NCBI GenBank assembly: GCA_049296095.1
Contig: JBAQRV010000001.1
Span: 678,318-710,317 of the forward strand
Reading direction: 5' to 3'
Length of the DNA stretch: 32,000 nucleotides
DNA from: Candidatus Saccharimonadota bacterium
Lineage (GTDB): Bacteria; Patescibacteriota; Saccharimonadia; Saccharimonadales; Saccharimonadaceae
Positions 1 to 7,156 of this stretch are shown one piece after another. The notes below the pieces were generated by a model. That model ran no database searches and had not been told where the DNA came from. It was given only the letters and a program-made list of their open reading frames with translations. A program made the translations under genes and the position numbers. The number at the start of each line of letters is the position of its first letter. The stretch's first letter is position 1.

Positions 1-699
1 CACTTGCTTCTCGACTGAGAAATCAGGCTTATCGACAACAAATTCGTAGATAACATATCCAGCAAATTGGTTACAACCAGGAAGTGAGCCATTTAGGCTG
101 TCATATCCCAGCGGGGTTCCAGACGTGAGGAAGCTATCAGGAAGTGTGGCACCATTAACAGCACCATTACTTGTGACTTTTGCTGATGCAGGAACATATC
201 GCAAGTACAGCTTGTCACCAGTTTCGTTCTTCATGTTTGCGCTGTCCCATACAGATGTAGGGTTAGCGTTAGATGAGTTGATGAAACCACTAACAAGTGA
301 TGTTGTGTTAGCTGTAACTTCTCCGGGCATCTGCATACGTAGGGTAACGTCTTTTGCAATGCCAGCACCACTTGCATTTAAGCTAGTGGCTGCGTTGTTG
401 TGGTAATAAACCATAACTTGGTACGTTTTGCCCGCTTGGAGCGAAACGTTCTCGTCGTAGTCAGCTTGTGTGCCCTTTTCACGAACACGTACAAAGTTTC
501 GCTCATCGCCAACACTTGGGTTGTCGGTGATCGAGTTAAATGTAACGTAAGGGGCAGGGTTTGCGAACGTAAATGTTGCGCGGTCTACCGGACCATAAGC
601 GAAGACGGCTACTGGAACAATAATTGCTGCTGCAATCATTGCGACAACTGCTGTTACGCGTTTTGGAGCACGGCGGATGAGTGAGAGTAATTTACTCAT
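1..699 (-). CDS. Secreted/cell-surface protein, N-terminal 233 codons only (gene runs off the window start)
   Basis: Absent from the ORF track because it has no in-window stop. I checked all plus-strand frame-1 triplets over 1-699 and none is tta/cta/tca, so the minus strand is open. The ATG is the complement of 697-699, with GGAG (708-711) 8 nt upstream. The product starts MSKLLSLIRRAPKRVTAVVAMIAAAIIVPVAVFAYGPVDRATFTFANPAPYVTFNSITDNPSVGDERNFVRVREKG..., a basic N-terminus plus a hydrophobic span (signal/anchor) followed by an Asn/Ser/Thr-rich extracellular-type sequence. Confidence 0.7.
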   Translation of the reverse strand, partial: MSKLLSLIRRAPKRVTAVVAMIAAAIIVPVAVFAYGPVDRATFTFANPAPYVTFNSITDNPSVGDERNFVRVREKGTQADYDENVSLQAGKTYQVMVYYHNNAATSLNASGAGIAKDVTLRMQMPGEVTANTTSLVSGFINSSNANPTSVWDSANMKNETGDKLYLRYVPASAKVTSNGAVNGATLPDSFLTSGTPLGYDSLNGSLPGCNQFAGYVIYEFVVDKPDFSVEKQV

Positions 700-785
700 T
701 ATTGATTCTCCGTTTCTTGATTCATCTCGCAGGATTGAATCAAACTTAATATAAAAATTGAAAACACTGTTACCGGATTGTCAAT

Positions 786-828
786 GTTACAAATCAGATC
801 ATTACAATGTGCACGTTCTTGCCGCACG
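786..828. repeat. Left arm of imperfect inverted repeat (IR-L)
   Basis: gttacaaatcagatcattacaatgtgcacgttcttgccgcacg aligns with the reverse complement of 3070-3110 (gttaacaagtcagatcattacagtgcacgttctttagcacg). My hand alignment gives 37 identical positions, including perfect blocks of 13 bp (tcagatcattaca) and 12 bp (gtgcacgttctt). Confidence 0.8.
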
Positions 829-923
829 AGTAAGGGATTACTCCCAAGGAATCTAAGACTATGAGGTGGGCGAACCACCAGATAGAAGATAGACTCCTTA
901 GGTCAAAGCTGTAGGCGAGGTTC

Positions 924-959
924 CCAGGGGGCAGCACGACAGGTCGTGTCACCCCCTGG
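924..959 (-). terminator. GC-rich hairpin downstream of the 968..2020 gene (no U-tract)
   Basis: ccaggggg (924-931) pairs with ccccctgg (952-959), and inner cacgac/gtcgtg arms are also present. It lies 9 nt after the minus-strand stop. The lack of a T-run makes it an actinobacterial-style or merely stabilising hairpin. Confidence 0.35.
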
Positions 960-967
960 TTCACTCA

Positions 968-2020
968 TCAGGCGTCTGGATCCGCGATCGGTGTAGTCGG
1001 CGCCTGTGTAGGTGGCGGCGCGATAACGGGATCAGGCGCGGGAGCGGGAACGGGAACAGGATCGGAGTGTGGCGGGGTTGCCGGGTTCAAAGGAACCGCG
1101 GGTGCCACCGGTGGAGTGTGCTCCGGTGCGTCAATCCCTTTCGGGGCGACGAACGGGGGCTCATCCACACTGTCAATCTGGTTCTTCGCGTCACAGTTCA
1201 CCGTACAGGGAGGAGGACCGCAGTTAGTGGTGCACGGGGGCACCTCACTGCAGTTCTCCGTGCACCCAGGCTGGGCCGGAGTTCCTTCACACTCGAAGAC
1301 TTCCAACCTCTTGTCCTCGGCGTTGAAACCGATTCGGAAGAGGCAGTTGCCGTTCTTGTCCAGGAGTGTGCGCACCCATGCGGGCTTGCTCTCCTGTTCG
1401 GACGCCAACCTTGCGGTCGGCAGTGTGATAGGTGAGGCATCGGCGGGGACCTCCCAGTTCCTGATCGAGGTGAGCGACTGCTTACCCTCGGTCGTGAAGC
1501 GGAGCAGGACGGCGTTGAGCCATCCAGCGTACTTCTGGAACTGAGGAGTGACGATCAACACGTCGTTCTCGGTCTTCTCGACGAACGAGTCGAGACCGTT
1601 GGTGTTGATGTCATCCAGAATGACCTGGATCCACGCCTTGTTGCCTTCTGCGCCCTTGACGGTCCACAGCATCATGTCGTCGGCGATCATACGGAGGAAC
1701 GTGGGGTTACCACAGACCTCCATCGTGACCTCCTTGTTCACAGCTTCGTCGTCGGACCCCGCGACGGGGATCGAGACTGCTGTTGCGAACTGACGGTACT
1801 CCGAATTGCCGACCTTAACGGTCTGCAGGGAGGAGTCGATGAAGTGGTTATCGGTGCACCGCGCGTCGTCGGGAACCAGATCGGTTTCCGGGTCGAACGC
1901 AACAGTGCCGGACGGGGTGTTGCTGGAATCCGTGGCCTGGAAGGCGAACGGCACCAGCAAGATCCCCACAACGACGACTGCAGCAATGGCTGCCACAATC
2001 CCCTTTGCTTTCTTGCTCAT
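968..2020 (-). CDS. Hypothetical N-terminally membrane-anchored protein with Cys-rich CTxNC triplet and Pro-rich C-terminal tail
   Basis: 350-aa ORF with a strong SD (GGAGG on the minus strand, 5 nt before the ATG). N-terminal hydrophobic span GIVAAIAAVVVVGILLVPFAF. Motifs CTENC..CTTNC..CTVNC are followed by a PxP-rich tail. High GC3. The overlapping ORFs in other frames look like GC artefacts. Confidence 0.75.
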   Translation of the reverse strand: MSKKAKGIVAAIAAVVVVGILLVPFAFQATDSSNTPSGTVAFDPETDLVPDDARCTDNHFIDSSLQTVKVGNSEYRQFATAVSIPVAGSDDEAVNKEVTMEVCGNPTFLRMIADDMMLWTVKGAEGNKAWIQVILDDINTNGLDSFVEKTENDVLIVTPQFQKYAGWLNAVLLRFTTEGKQSLTSIRNWEVPADASPITLPTARLASEQESKPAWVRTLLDKNGNCLFRIGFNAEDKRLEVFECEGTPAQPGCTENCSEVPPCTTNCGPPPCTVNCDAKNQIDSVDEPPFVAPKGIDAPEHTPPVAPAVPLNPATPPHSDPVPVPAPAPDPVIAPPPTQAPTTPIADPDA

Positions 2021-2147
2021 TTTGACCTCCTAGGCCAATCGGTCCCTAATTCTTAAAGCCCCAGGGAAAGGATGGGCTAGCGAGCGAGGCGGTATGAGCC
2101 GCCACAAGACAAATCTTGTAGAGTCAAAACTCTTCGCCCTGTCCGCA

Positions 2148-2846
2148 TTACGCTACGGGCACAGCGGCTGGCGGTGCCGGCGGGTTGGGCTGAGCTACCT
2201 CGTCCTCCGGGGAGGTGAAGTAGCCACTCAGGAAGAACCCGAGTGCCGGCCAGCCGACCCAGTGAAGGATCGACAGGATAACTCCAGCCACGTGCCACTT
2301 GGGATCGTGGTTGAAGAACCAGTCCTGCACGAACCACCCCCAAAGGAGGGCGGCGACGAGCAGGGCGAGCACGGTCGCGAAAGCGATGAGCCATCCCCAG
2401 CGATGCCAGTTCCACCGCCTCGGGTTGAAGTTGGTGTACCAGTGGTGAGCCGGCGGCGTCACAACCACAGCCGCCGGAGCGGGTGCGGGAATGACGACGG
2501 TGTCGATGACCGGCTCGGGCACGACCGCTGCGGGTGCAGCGACGGGCTCGGGTTCGGTGATGACCGGCTCGGGAACGACCGCTGCGGGTGCAGCGACGGG
2601 CTCGGTGGAAGGAGGGGCAACGGGCAGGTCAGGATCGATCTGGCTGAGGACTTCCTCTGCTTCGTCGATCCTGTCCTGCAAGCGTCGCTTTGCCAAGCGC
2701 GCGCCGTAGTCGATCTCGGACTGCACTTTGAGTGCATCCTTGATCTCCTTCCTGCGCTTCTTGACTTCCTTCTTGCCTGCGGCGCTCAAGTCGAGCAGCG
2801 CATTAGTGGCGGCATCTGCCTCATCGGCAATATCGATGGTGGACAT
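2148..2846 (-). CDS. Hypothetical membrane protein: charged N-terminal helix, duplicated Pro/Val/Ala-rich linker, Trp-rich C-terminal region with two hydrophobic spans
   Basis: 232-aa ORF with SD GGAAAGGGA upstream on the minus strand. Hydrophobic spans WGWLIAFATVLALLVAALLWGWF and VAGVILSILHWVGWPALGFFLSGYF. High GC3. The antisense 263-aa ORF (2094..2885) has junk-like composition. Confidence 0.75.
   Translation of the reverse strand: MSTIDIADEADAATNALLDLSAAGKKEVKKRRKEIKDALKVQSEIDYGARLAKRRLQDRIDEAEEVLSQIDPDLPVAPPSTEPVAAPAAVVPEPVITEPEPVAAPAAVVPEPVIDTVVIPAPAPAAVVVTPPAHHWYTNFNPRRWNWHRWGWLIAFATVLALLVAALLWGWFVQDWFFNHDPKWHVAGVILSILHWVGWPALGFFLSGYFTSPEDEVAQPNPPAPPAAVPVA
2505..2612. repeat. Tandem duplication, 2 x 54 bp, inside CDS 2148..2846
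   Basis: gatgaccggctcggg[c/a]acgaccgctgcgggtgcagcgacgggctcgg occurs at 2505 and again at 2559 with one mismatch in the first ~47 nt. It encodes EPVAAPAAVVPEPVI twice, and the 54-bp period preserves the reading frame. Confidence 0.85.
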
Positions 2847-3006
2847 AGTATCCCTTTCCTATTTCGTGTGTCGAGTTGGGGATGACCCCGAATCAATAAA
2901 GATTGGGGAGGACCCCCAGCTGCGTGACACTAGGTCAGGTGCAGCGTGTCAATTAACCATATAAATGATTAACTGGCGCGCCACACCTGAAAGAAAGGTA
3001 CTGTCT

Positions 3007-3024
3007 GGTATACTTGCGTATACC
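3007..3024. promoter_or_regulatory. Perfect palindrome ggtatac-ttgc-gtatacc in AT-rich region upstream of the minus-strand operon
   Basis: 7-bp arms with a 4-bp spacer read directly from the sequence. It lies between the ATG at 2846 and IR-R, and could be an operator or an RNA hairpin. Confidence 0.3.
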
Positions 3025-3069
3025 TATAGCTTTGTTATCAGTGCGTCTTAAAGCATGAATATAAATAGA

Positions 3070-3110
3070 CGTGCTAAAGAACGTGCACTGTAATGATCTG
3101 ACTTGTTAAC
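3070..3110. repeat. Right arm of imperfect inverted repeat (IR-R)
   Basis: cgtgctaaagaacgtgcactgtaatgatctgacttgttaac is the reverse-complement partner of 786-828. Confidence 0.8.
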
Positions 3111-3297
3111 GACCTCTCCACGTCCATGAGCCTCACGCCCACTGGTGAATGATGTTCTTAATCTATCATATTAATGCTAAATTGTCAATAACGTAAGCAA
3201 TAATATGACATAAAGCACAAGCATTATTGATTACCATTCTCGACAGACGCTATATGTAGCGGTGATTCCAGATATGAAACACTATATATAATACTAT

Positions 3298-3326
3298 TTG
3301 ACAAGGGTTGTCAAGGAGAGTATATT
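3298..3326 (+). promoter_or_regulatory. Sigma-70-type promoter TTGACA-17-TATATT with a palindromic operator over the -35
   Basis: TTGACA at 3298-3303, a 17-nt spacer, TATATT at 3321-3326. TTGACAA-ggg-TTGTCAA (3298-3314) is a perfect 7-bp-arm inverted repeat. The downstream ORF pair starts at 3413 with SD AAGGGAG. Confidence 0.55.
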
Positions 3327-3412
3327 GCCATGTTATGTGCAGAATCAGCGCCCGCTGGTTGCTTGGATCTCATGATTTGAGTTTAGTGCACTGTGCAAAA
3401 TAAGGGAGTCGC

Positions 3413-3748
3413 ATGACTATTGCATCACCCGAGTCCATCACTCGGCCCATCGACGAGATGGTGACGGAGGGTTTCAGAGAGACCTGTGACAAAGTGATTG
3501 CTAACGGTGGACTCGTTCACCAGATGCAAGATAGGCTGTTCCAGCTCTGCGAAATCTCCCAACGCCAGTACGACATCGAGATGGTGAGGGACCTGATGGT
3601 CTACCTGGTGATAATTAAGGGGGTGTTTATCGGTGCCGTTGTACGAGAAATCCGTCTTCACGACGTTATATTCTCGGACCTCGTCGCGAAGGAAGCTGCT
3701 CAGCGGAAGGCTGTAGTGGCTGACGGTGACAAGGTCGCAGCGGCATGA
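3413..3748 (+). CDS. Hypothetical small protein (111 aa), first of an overlapping pair
   Basis: ORF with SD taAGGGAGtcgcATG. Its stop overlaps the next start (ATGA at 3745-3748). GC is moderately high. No recognisable family. Confidence 0.6.
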   Translation: MTIASPESITRPIDEMVTEGFRETCDKVIANGGLVHQMQDRLFQLCEISQRQYDIEMVRDLMVYLVIIKGVFIGAVVREIRLHDVIFSDLVAKEAAQRKAVVADGDKVAAA

Positions 3749-4092
3749 CCGTCGTCGACATTCGAATCCCTTGGGATTCTAAGGTGTACGTTGTGCCGGC
3801 TGTAACGGTAGAGGTTATCAATAAACACTTGGCGAACGGTACGGTATTCTCGGGAGAGATAGCCCGGGCCGTAGATGCCGAGCTGGTTGCCTCAACAGCG
3901 AAAGTTAAAAATGGCGCATACCTACTCGGTCAGGTACGAAGAGGGCTGTACATCTACGCTGTGTTCGAAGGGGGCTTAAGAGCGCCAGAGCTGACGTGGC
4001 TCGCTCGACAGCTAGACGGTAATGCAGTCAGGGTCATCTGTCATGACGCGGCACGTCGCCGCCAAAGGATGCGGATGGGGTTGGCTGTATGA
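3745..4092 (+). CDS. Hypothetical small protein (115 aa), translationally coupled to 3413..3748
   Basis: 4-nt ATGA overlap with the upstream ORF. Arg-rich C-terminus (AARRRQRMRMGLAV). No recognisable family. Confidence 0.6.
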   Translation: MTVVDIRIPWDSKVYVVPAVTVEVINKHLANGTVFSGEIARAVDAELVASTAKVKNGAYLLGQVRRGLYIYAVFEGGLRAPELTWLARQLDGNAVRVICHDAARRRQRMRMGLAV

Positions 4093-4258
4093 CGATCCCA
4101 TTGGACGACCCAACAAACATACCTTTTGCAGAGACTAAGACAGTCTCGCTGAAGGTTGAGCTCGGGACTTCGAAGACCTAGCTCAACAACCTGTCGGGGG
4201 ACCCGCGGCCACAAGCTGCGGGCCCCGACGGGTTCACAAAACTCATGTACACCGTTAG

Positions 4259-4283
4259 CCTCTAGTCAAACAGAGGTTTTTTT
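4259..4283 (+). terminator. Rho-independent terminator candidate
   Basis: cctct (4259-4263), 8-nt loop, agagg (4272-4276), then 7 T (4277-4283). The short stem makes it only moderately strong. Confidence 0.5.
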
Positions 4284-4332
4284 GATACAATTTCCCGAGT
4301 CGAAAGATATTTTTTTGATCTATTCTTTTGAT

Positions 4333-4407
4333 GGTCTCATCGTCTAACGGTTAGGACACCAGGTTTTCATCCTGGCAATCGGAGTTCGATTCTCCGTGAG
4401 ATCACCA
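4333..4407 (+). tRNA. tRNA-Glu (anticodon UUC), CCA encoded
   Basis: Cloverleaf parse: acceptor GGTCTCA/TGAGATC, D arm TCGTCTAACGGTTAGGAC (very similar to the E. coli tRNA-Glu D arm), anticodon stem CCAGG/CCTGG with loop TTTTCAT (UUC), T arm CGGAG-TTCGATT-CTCCG, discriminator A plus CCA. Confidence 0.95.
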
Positions 4408-4457
4408 AAAGAATCGCTCAAACTCTTTCGACACTCCATTTAAACAAAGGGAAAACT

Positions 4458-5873
4458 ATGGGAATTATTTTCAAACGTACCAAAATCTTAGCAACAGTTG
4501 GTCCTGCCACTGGAACACCAGAGATGATCGAACAACTCATTACCGCAGGTGTGAATGGTCTTCGTCTTAACTTTAGCCACGGAGACTATGCTGAACGCGA
4601 TAATCAGATTACTTGGATTCGTGAAGCCAGTAAAAAGATTGGCAAACCAGTCGCTATCTTACAAGACCTTCAAGGCCCAAAGATTCGTCTGGGAATGTTG
4701 AACGAAAACACCGCTGTTAAAAAAGGTGATGAAATTATTCTTGATCACGCCGCTGAACATAACGGCATGACCTTTCCTGTTCAGTACAACCTGGCTGAAA
4801 AGGTAAAGGTTGGTGAGCCAATTTACATCTTTGACGGTAAGGTTCGTACCACTGTTCTCGAGATTACTTCTGAAACCGCCATTAAGCTCCGCGTTGAGAA
4901 TGACGGTACCTTGATGAGCAAAAAGGGTATTAACCTGCCTGATACTGACTTTGGCGGTGACATCCTCACCCCGAAAGATCTTAAGGATATCGAATATGGT
5001 CTGACTAAAGATATTGACTATGTTGCACTTAGCTTCGTTCAGAGTCCTGACGATATTCACAACCTTCGACAAATCCTGGTTGCAGGGGGTTCACAGGCAC
5101 AGATTATTGCCAAAATCGAGACCAAAGCAGCGATTAAAGACGACGTTCTTGAAGCAATTGTTAAAGCGACTGACGGTATTATGGTAGCGCGTGGAGACTT
5201 GGCGGTTGAGGCTGGTGCTGAAATCGTTCCTATCGTCCAGCGTCGCCTGATCGCACTGTGCCGTAAGCACGGTAAATTGAGCATTGTCGCAACACAAATG
5301 ATGGCCAGCATGGTTGATGCGCCCGAGCCAACTCGCGCAGAGGTGAGTGACGTTGCGAATGCGGTTATTCAAGGTGCAGATGCGGTGATGCTCTCTGATG
5401 AGACGGCGAACGGTAGTTATCCTCTCGAAACGGTTGCGGCTATGAAGAAGGTCATTCTGTATACACAAGAGAATGCTCCTGTTGCTCCAATCCACGACGA
5501 GATTGTGGCCAAGAATATGCAACTTGATGCAATTAGTACCGCCGCAGTAAAACTTGCCGAGCAATTAAAGGTGTCGGCTATTATTGCTGAAACAAAATCA
5601 GGCGCGACAGCCGCCCAGATTGCAGCCCACCGTCCAAACCTGCCAATTGTCAGTGTGACCAGTGAACTTCGAGCTGCGCAGCAACTTGGCCTTAGTTACG
5701 CTAATCGTAGCTACGTTCGTCCAGATAGCCCAGAAGCGGGCTTCGACCTCGCAAAGGAACTGAAACTCCAAGGTTTCTTTGGTGATGAGCCAGCAACGGT
5801 GATTATCGTCAGTGGCCAACAGCCTGGAATCATCGGAACTACTGACACGATCAAAGTCCGCGTGCTAGAATAA
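4458..5873 (+). CDS. pyk: Pyruvate kinase
   Basis: 471 aa. N-terminus KRTKILATVGPAT, LNFSHG, and the MVARGDLAVE and MLSDETANG motifs are typical of pyruvate kinase. SD aaaGGGAaa upstream. Confidence 0.95.
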   Translation: MGIIFKRTKILATVGPATGTPEMIEQLITAGVNGLRLNFSHGDYAERDNQITWIREASKKIGKPVAILQDLQGPKIRLGMLNENTAVKKGDEIILDHAAEHNGMTFPVQYNLAEKVKVGEPIYIFDGKVRTTVLEITSETAIKLRVENDGTLMSKKGINLPDTDFGGDILTPKDLKDIEYGLTKDIDYVALSFVQSPDDIHNLRQILVAGGSQAQIIAKIETKAAIKDDVLEAIVKATDGIMVARGDLAVEAGAEIVPIVQRRLIALCRKHGKLSIVATQMMASMVDAPEPTRAEVSDVANAVIQGADAVMLSDETANGSYPLETVAAMKKVILYTQENAPVAPIHDEIVAKNMQLDAISTAAVKLAEQLKVSAIIAETKSGATAAQIAAHRPNLPIVSVTSELRAAQQLGLSYANRSYVRPDSPEAGFDLAKELKLQGFFGDEPATVIIVSGQQPGIIGTTDTIKVRVLE

Positions 5874-5898
5874 TAGTACTGATTAACAGGGTGGGTAC

Positions 5899-7122
5899 TT
5901 GAGCTTTTTTAAACTGACAATTCGTGATGTTCCGCTCGATCACCAGACGGTGTTGGTGCGAGCAGATTATAATGTGCCTCTGAATAAAAAAGGGGAGATT
6001 GAGGATGACCTGCGCATTCGGGCGAGTTTGCCTACGCTTCGTTATCTCCATGAACGTGGCTGTAGAATTGTCATCATAAGTCACCTCGGGCGGCCAGAGG
6101 GGAAGGATGCGTCGTTGTCGCTGGAGCCCGTCGCCAACAGATTGGCAAAGCTATTGGATCATCCCGTCACCTTCGTGGATGACTGTATCGGTGACAAGGT
6201 GGTTCAAGCGGTAAAGAAATCCTCGCCCCACTCTGTTACTTTGCTCGAGAACCTGCGGTTTTATAAAGAAGAAGAGGCGGACGATGCGGCCTTTGCCAAA
6301 AAAATTGCCACGGCAACCAATGCTCGGTATTTTGTTCAGGATGGCTTCGGGGTCGTTCATCGGGCGCATGCCAGCACACATGCCATTACCCTCTGTATTC
6401 CCAGTGTTGCTGGTCTTTTGTTGGAGCGAGAATACAAAACCATTACCGAGGCGATGGAAGCACCAAAACGCCCCTTAGTGGCAGTGTTGGGCGGTGCTAA
6501 GATTGCAGACAAGATCGGGGTGATTGAGCGTTTTGTCCAGATTGCAGACAAGATTATTATCGGTGGCGCAATGGCTAATACCTTCCTTAATTACAAAGGT
6601 TTTGATATGGGCGCCAGTCTATATGAAAAGGACGAGCACGAGGTACTCGATCGGATTTATCAGGCAGCACATAAAAAACATGATGGGAGCGTTGAAGATT
6701 TTATTATACTGCCATCTGATGTGGCTGTAGCAGAGGAGGCTACCTCTGGTGTTGAGCGCCGCATCGTGACATTGGGGGATATTAGTCCCAAGGATAAAGC
6801 GCTAGATATCGGTGATGCTTCAATCGAACGGATGGTAGCTGAGGTCGCTCATGCAAAGACAGTGATTTGGAACGGAACTCTGGGGTATGCCGAATTGCCG
6901 ACTTTTGCCCATGGCTCGGCTCGGTTGGCATTGGCACTCGCGACCCAACCCAAAACCACCTCTATTATCGGTGGTGGCGATACAGCTGATTTTGTGCTGC
7001 AATGGGACGCTCAGGATGGTGAGAGCTTTTCACATGTTTCCACTGGCGGCGGCGCTAGCCTAGAGCTGATGGCTGGGGAAAAATTACCAGGCATCGAGAG
7101 TTTGCTGGATGCACGCAAATGA
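5899..7122 (+). CDS. pgk: Phosphoglycerate kinase
   Basis: 407 aa with a TTG start. LTIRDVPL..VLVRADYNVPL, SHLGRP, and C-terminal STGGGASLELMAGEKLPG are PGK hallmarks. Confidence 0.93.
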   Translation: MSFFKLTIRDVPLDHQTVLVRADYNVPLNKKGEIEDDLRIRASLPTLRYLHERGCRIVIISHLGRPEGKDASLSLEPVANRLAKLLDHPVTFVDDCIGDKVVQAVKKSSPHSVTLLENLRFYKEEEADDAAFAKKIATATNARYFVQDGFGVVHRAHASTHAITLCIPSVAGLLLEREYKTITEAMEAPKRPLVAVLGGAKIADKIGVIERFVQIADKIIIGGAMANTFLNYKGFDMGASLYEKDEHEVLDRIYQAAHKKHDGSVEDFIILPSDVAVAEEATSGVERRIVTLGDISPKDKALDIGDASIERMVAEVAHAKTVIWNGTLGYAELPTFAHGSARLALALATQPKTTSIIGGGDTADFVLQWDAQDGESFSHVSTGGGASLELMAGEKLPGIESLLDARK

Positions 7123-7156
7123 GCTACACTAACAGTAATAAGCATAAGTGGTAATC

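Larger units (their letters stand above)
840..4257. other. Compositional island: high-GC genes plus an AT-rich regulatory hub, upstream of tRNA-Glu
   Basis: Hand-counted GC on single 60-nt lines: 1021-1080 = 67%, 3181-3240 = 28%. Backbone lines give 52% (4501-4560) and 45% (9301-9360). Codons in 968-2846 end mostly in G/C. None of the four ORFs resembles a family I recognise. Confidence 0.6.

Noticed and set aside
125-684. Plus-strand ORFs 125..406 and 400..684
   Set aside because: They are antisense to the uninterrupted minus-strand ORF 1..699, which has an SD, a signal-anchor N-terminus and a protein-like sequence. The plus-strand products are Cys/Asn-rich junk without SDs.
778-808. Possible plus-strand promoter TTGTCA...TACAAT partly inside IR-L that would drive the cassette genes after inversion
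   Set aside because: On exact counting the spacer is 19 nt (784-802), too long for a convincing sigma-70 promoter. It was dropped as support for an ON/OFF inversion model.
1067-2885. Many overlapping ORFs in other frames or strands of the high-GC region (e.g. 1067..1435, 1116..1544, 1738..1998, 2094..2885, 2077..2415, 2459..2737)
   Set aside because: Stop-codon-poor high-GC DNA produces long spurious frames. Their products are Arg/Gly/Pro-rich with no SD. The two minus-strand ORFs I kept have SDs, TM helices and consistent GC3 bias.
4156-4347. 63-aa ORF overlapping the hairpin cluster and the 5' end of tRNA-Glu
   Set aside because: It runs through the stacked hairpins, the terminator and into the tRNA. 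It has no SD and an implausible sequence.
4333-4407. tRNA-Glu as an integration site (att) for the island
   Set aside because: The island lies on the 5' side of the tRNA. I found no duplicated copy of the tRNA 3' end at the far island edge, and no integrase in the window. tRNA proximity is noted but not taken as evidence of site-specific integration.
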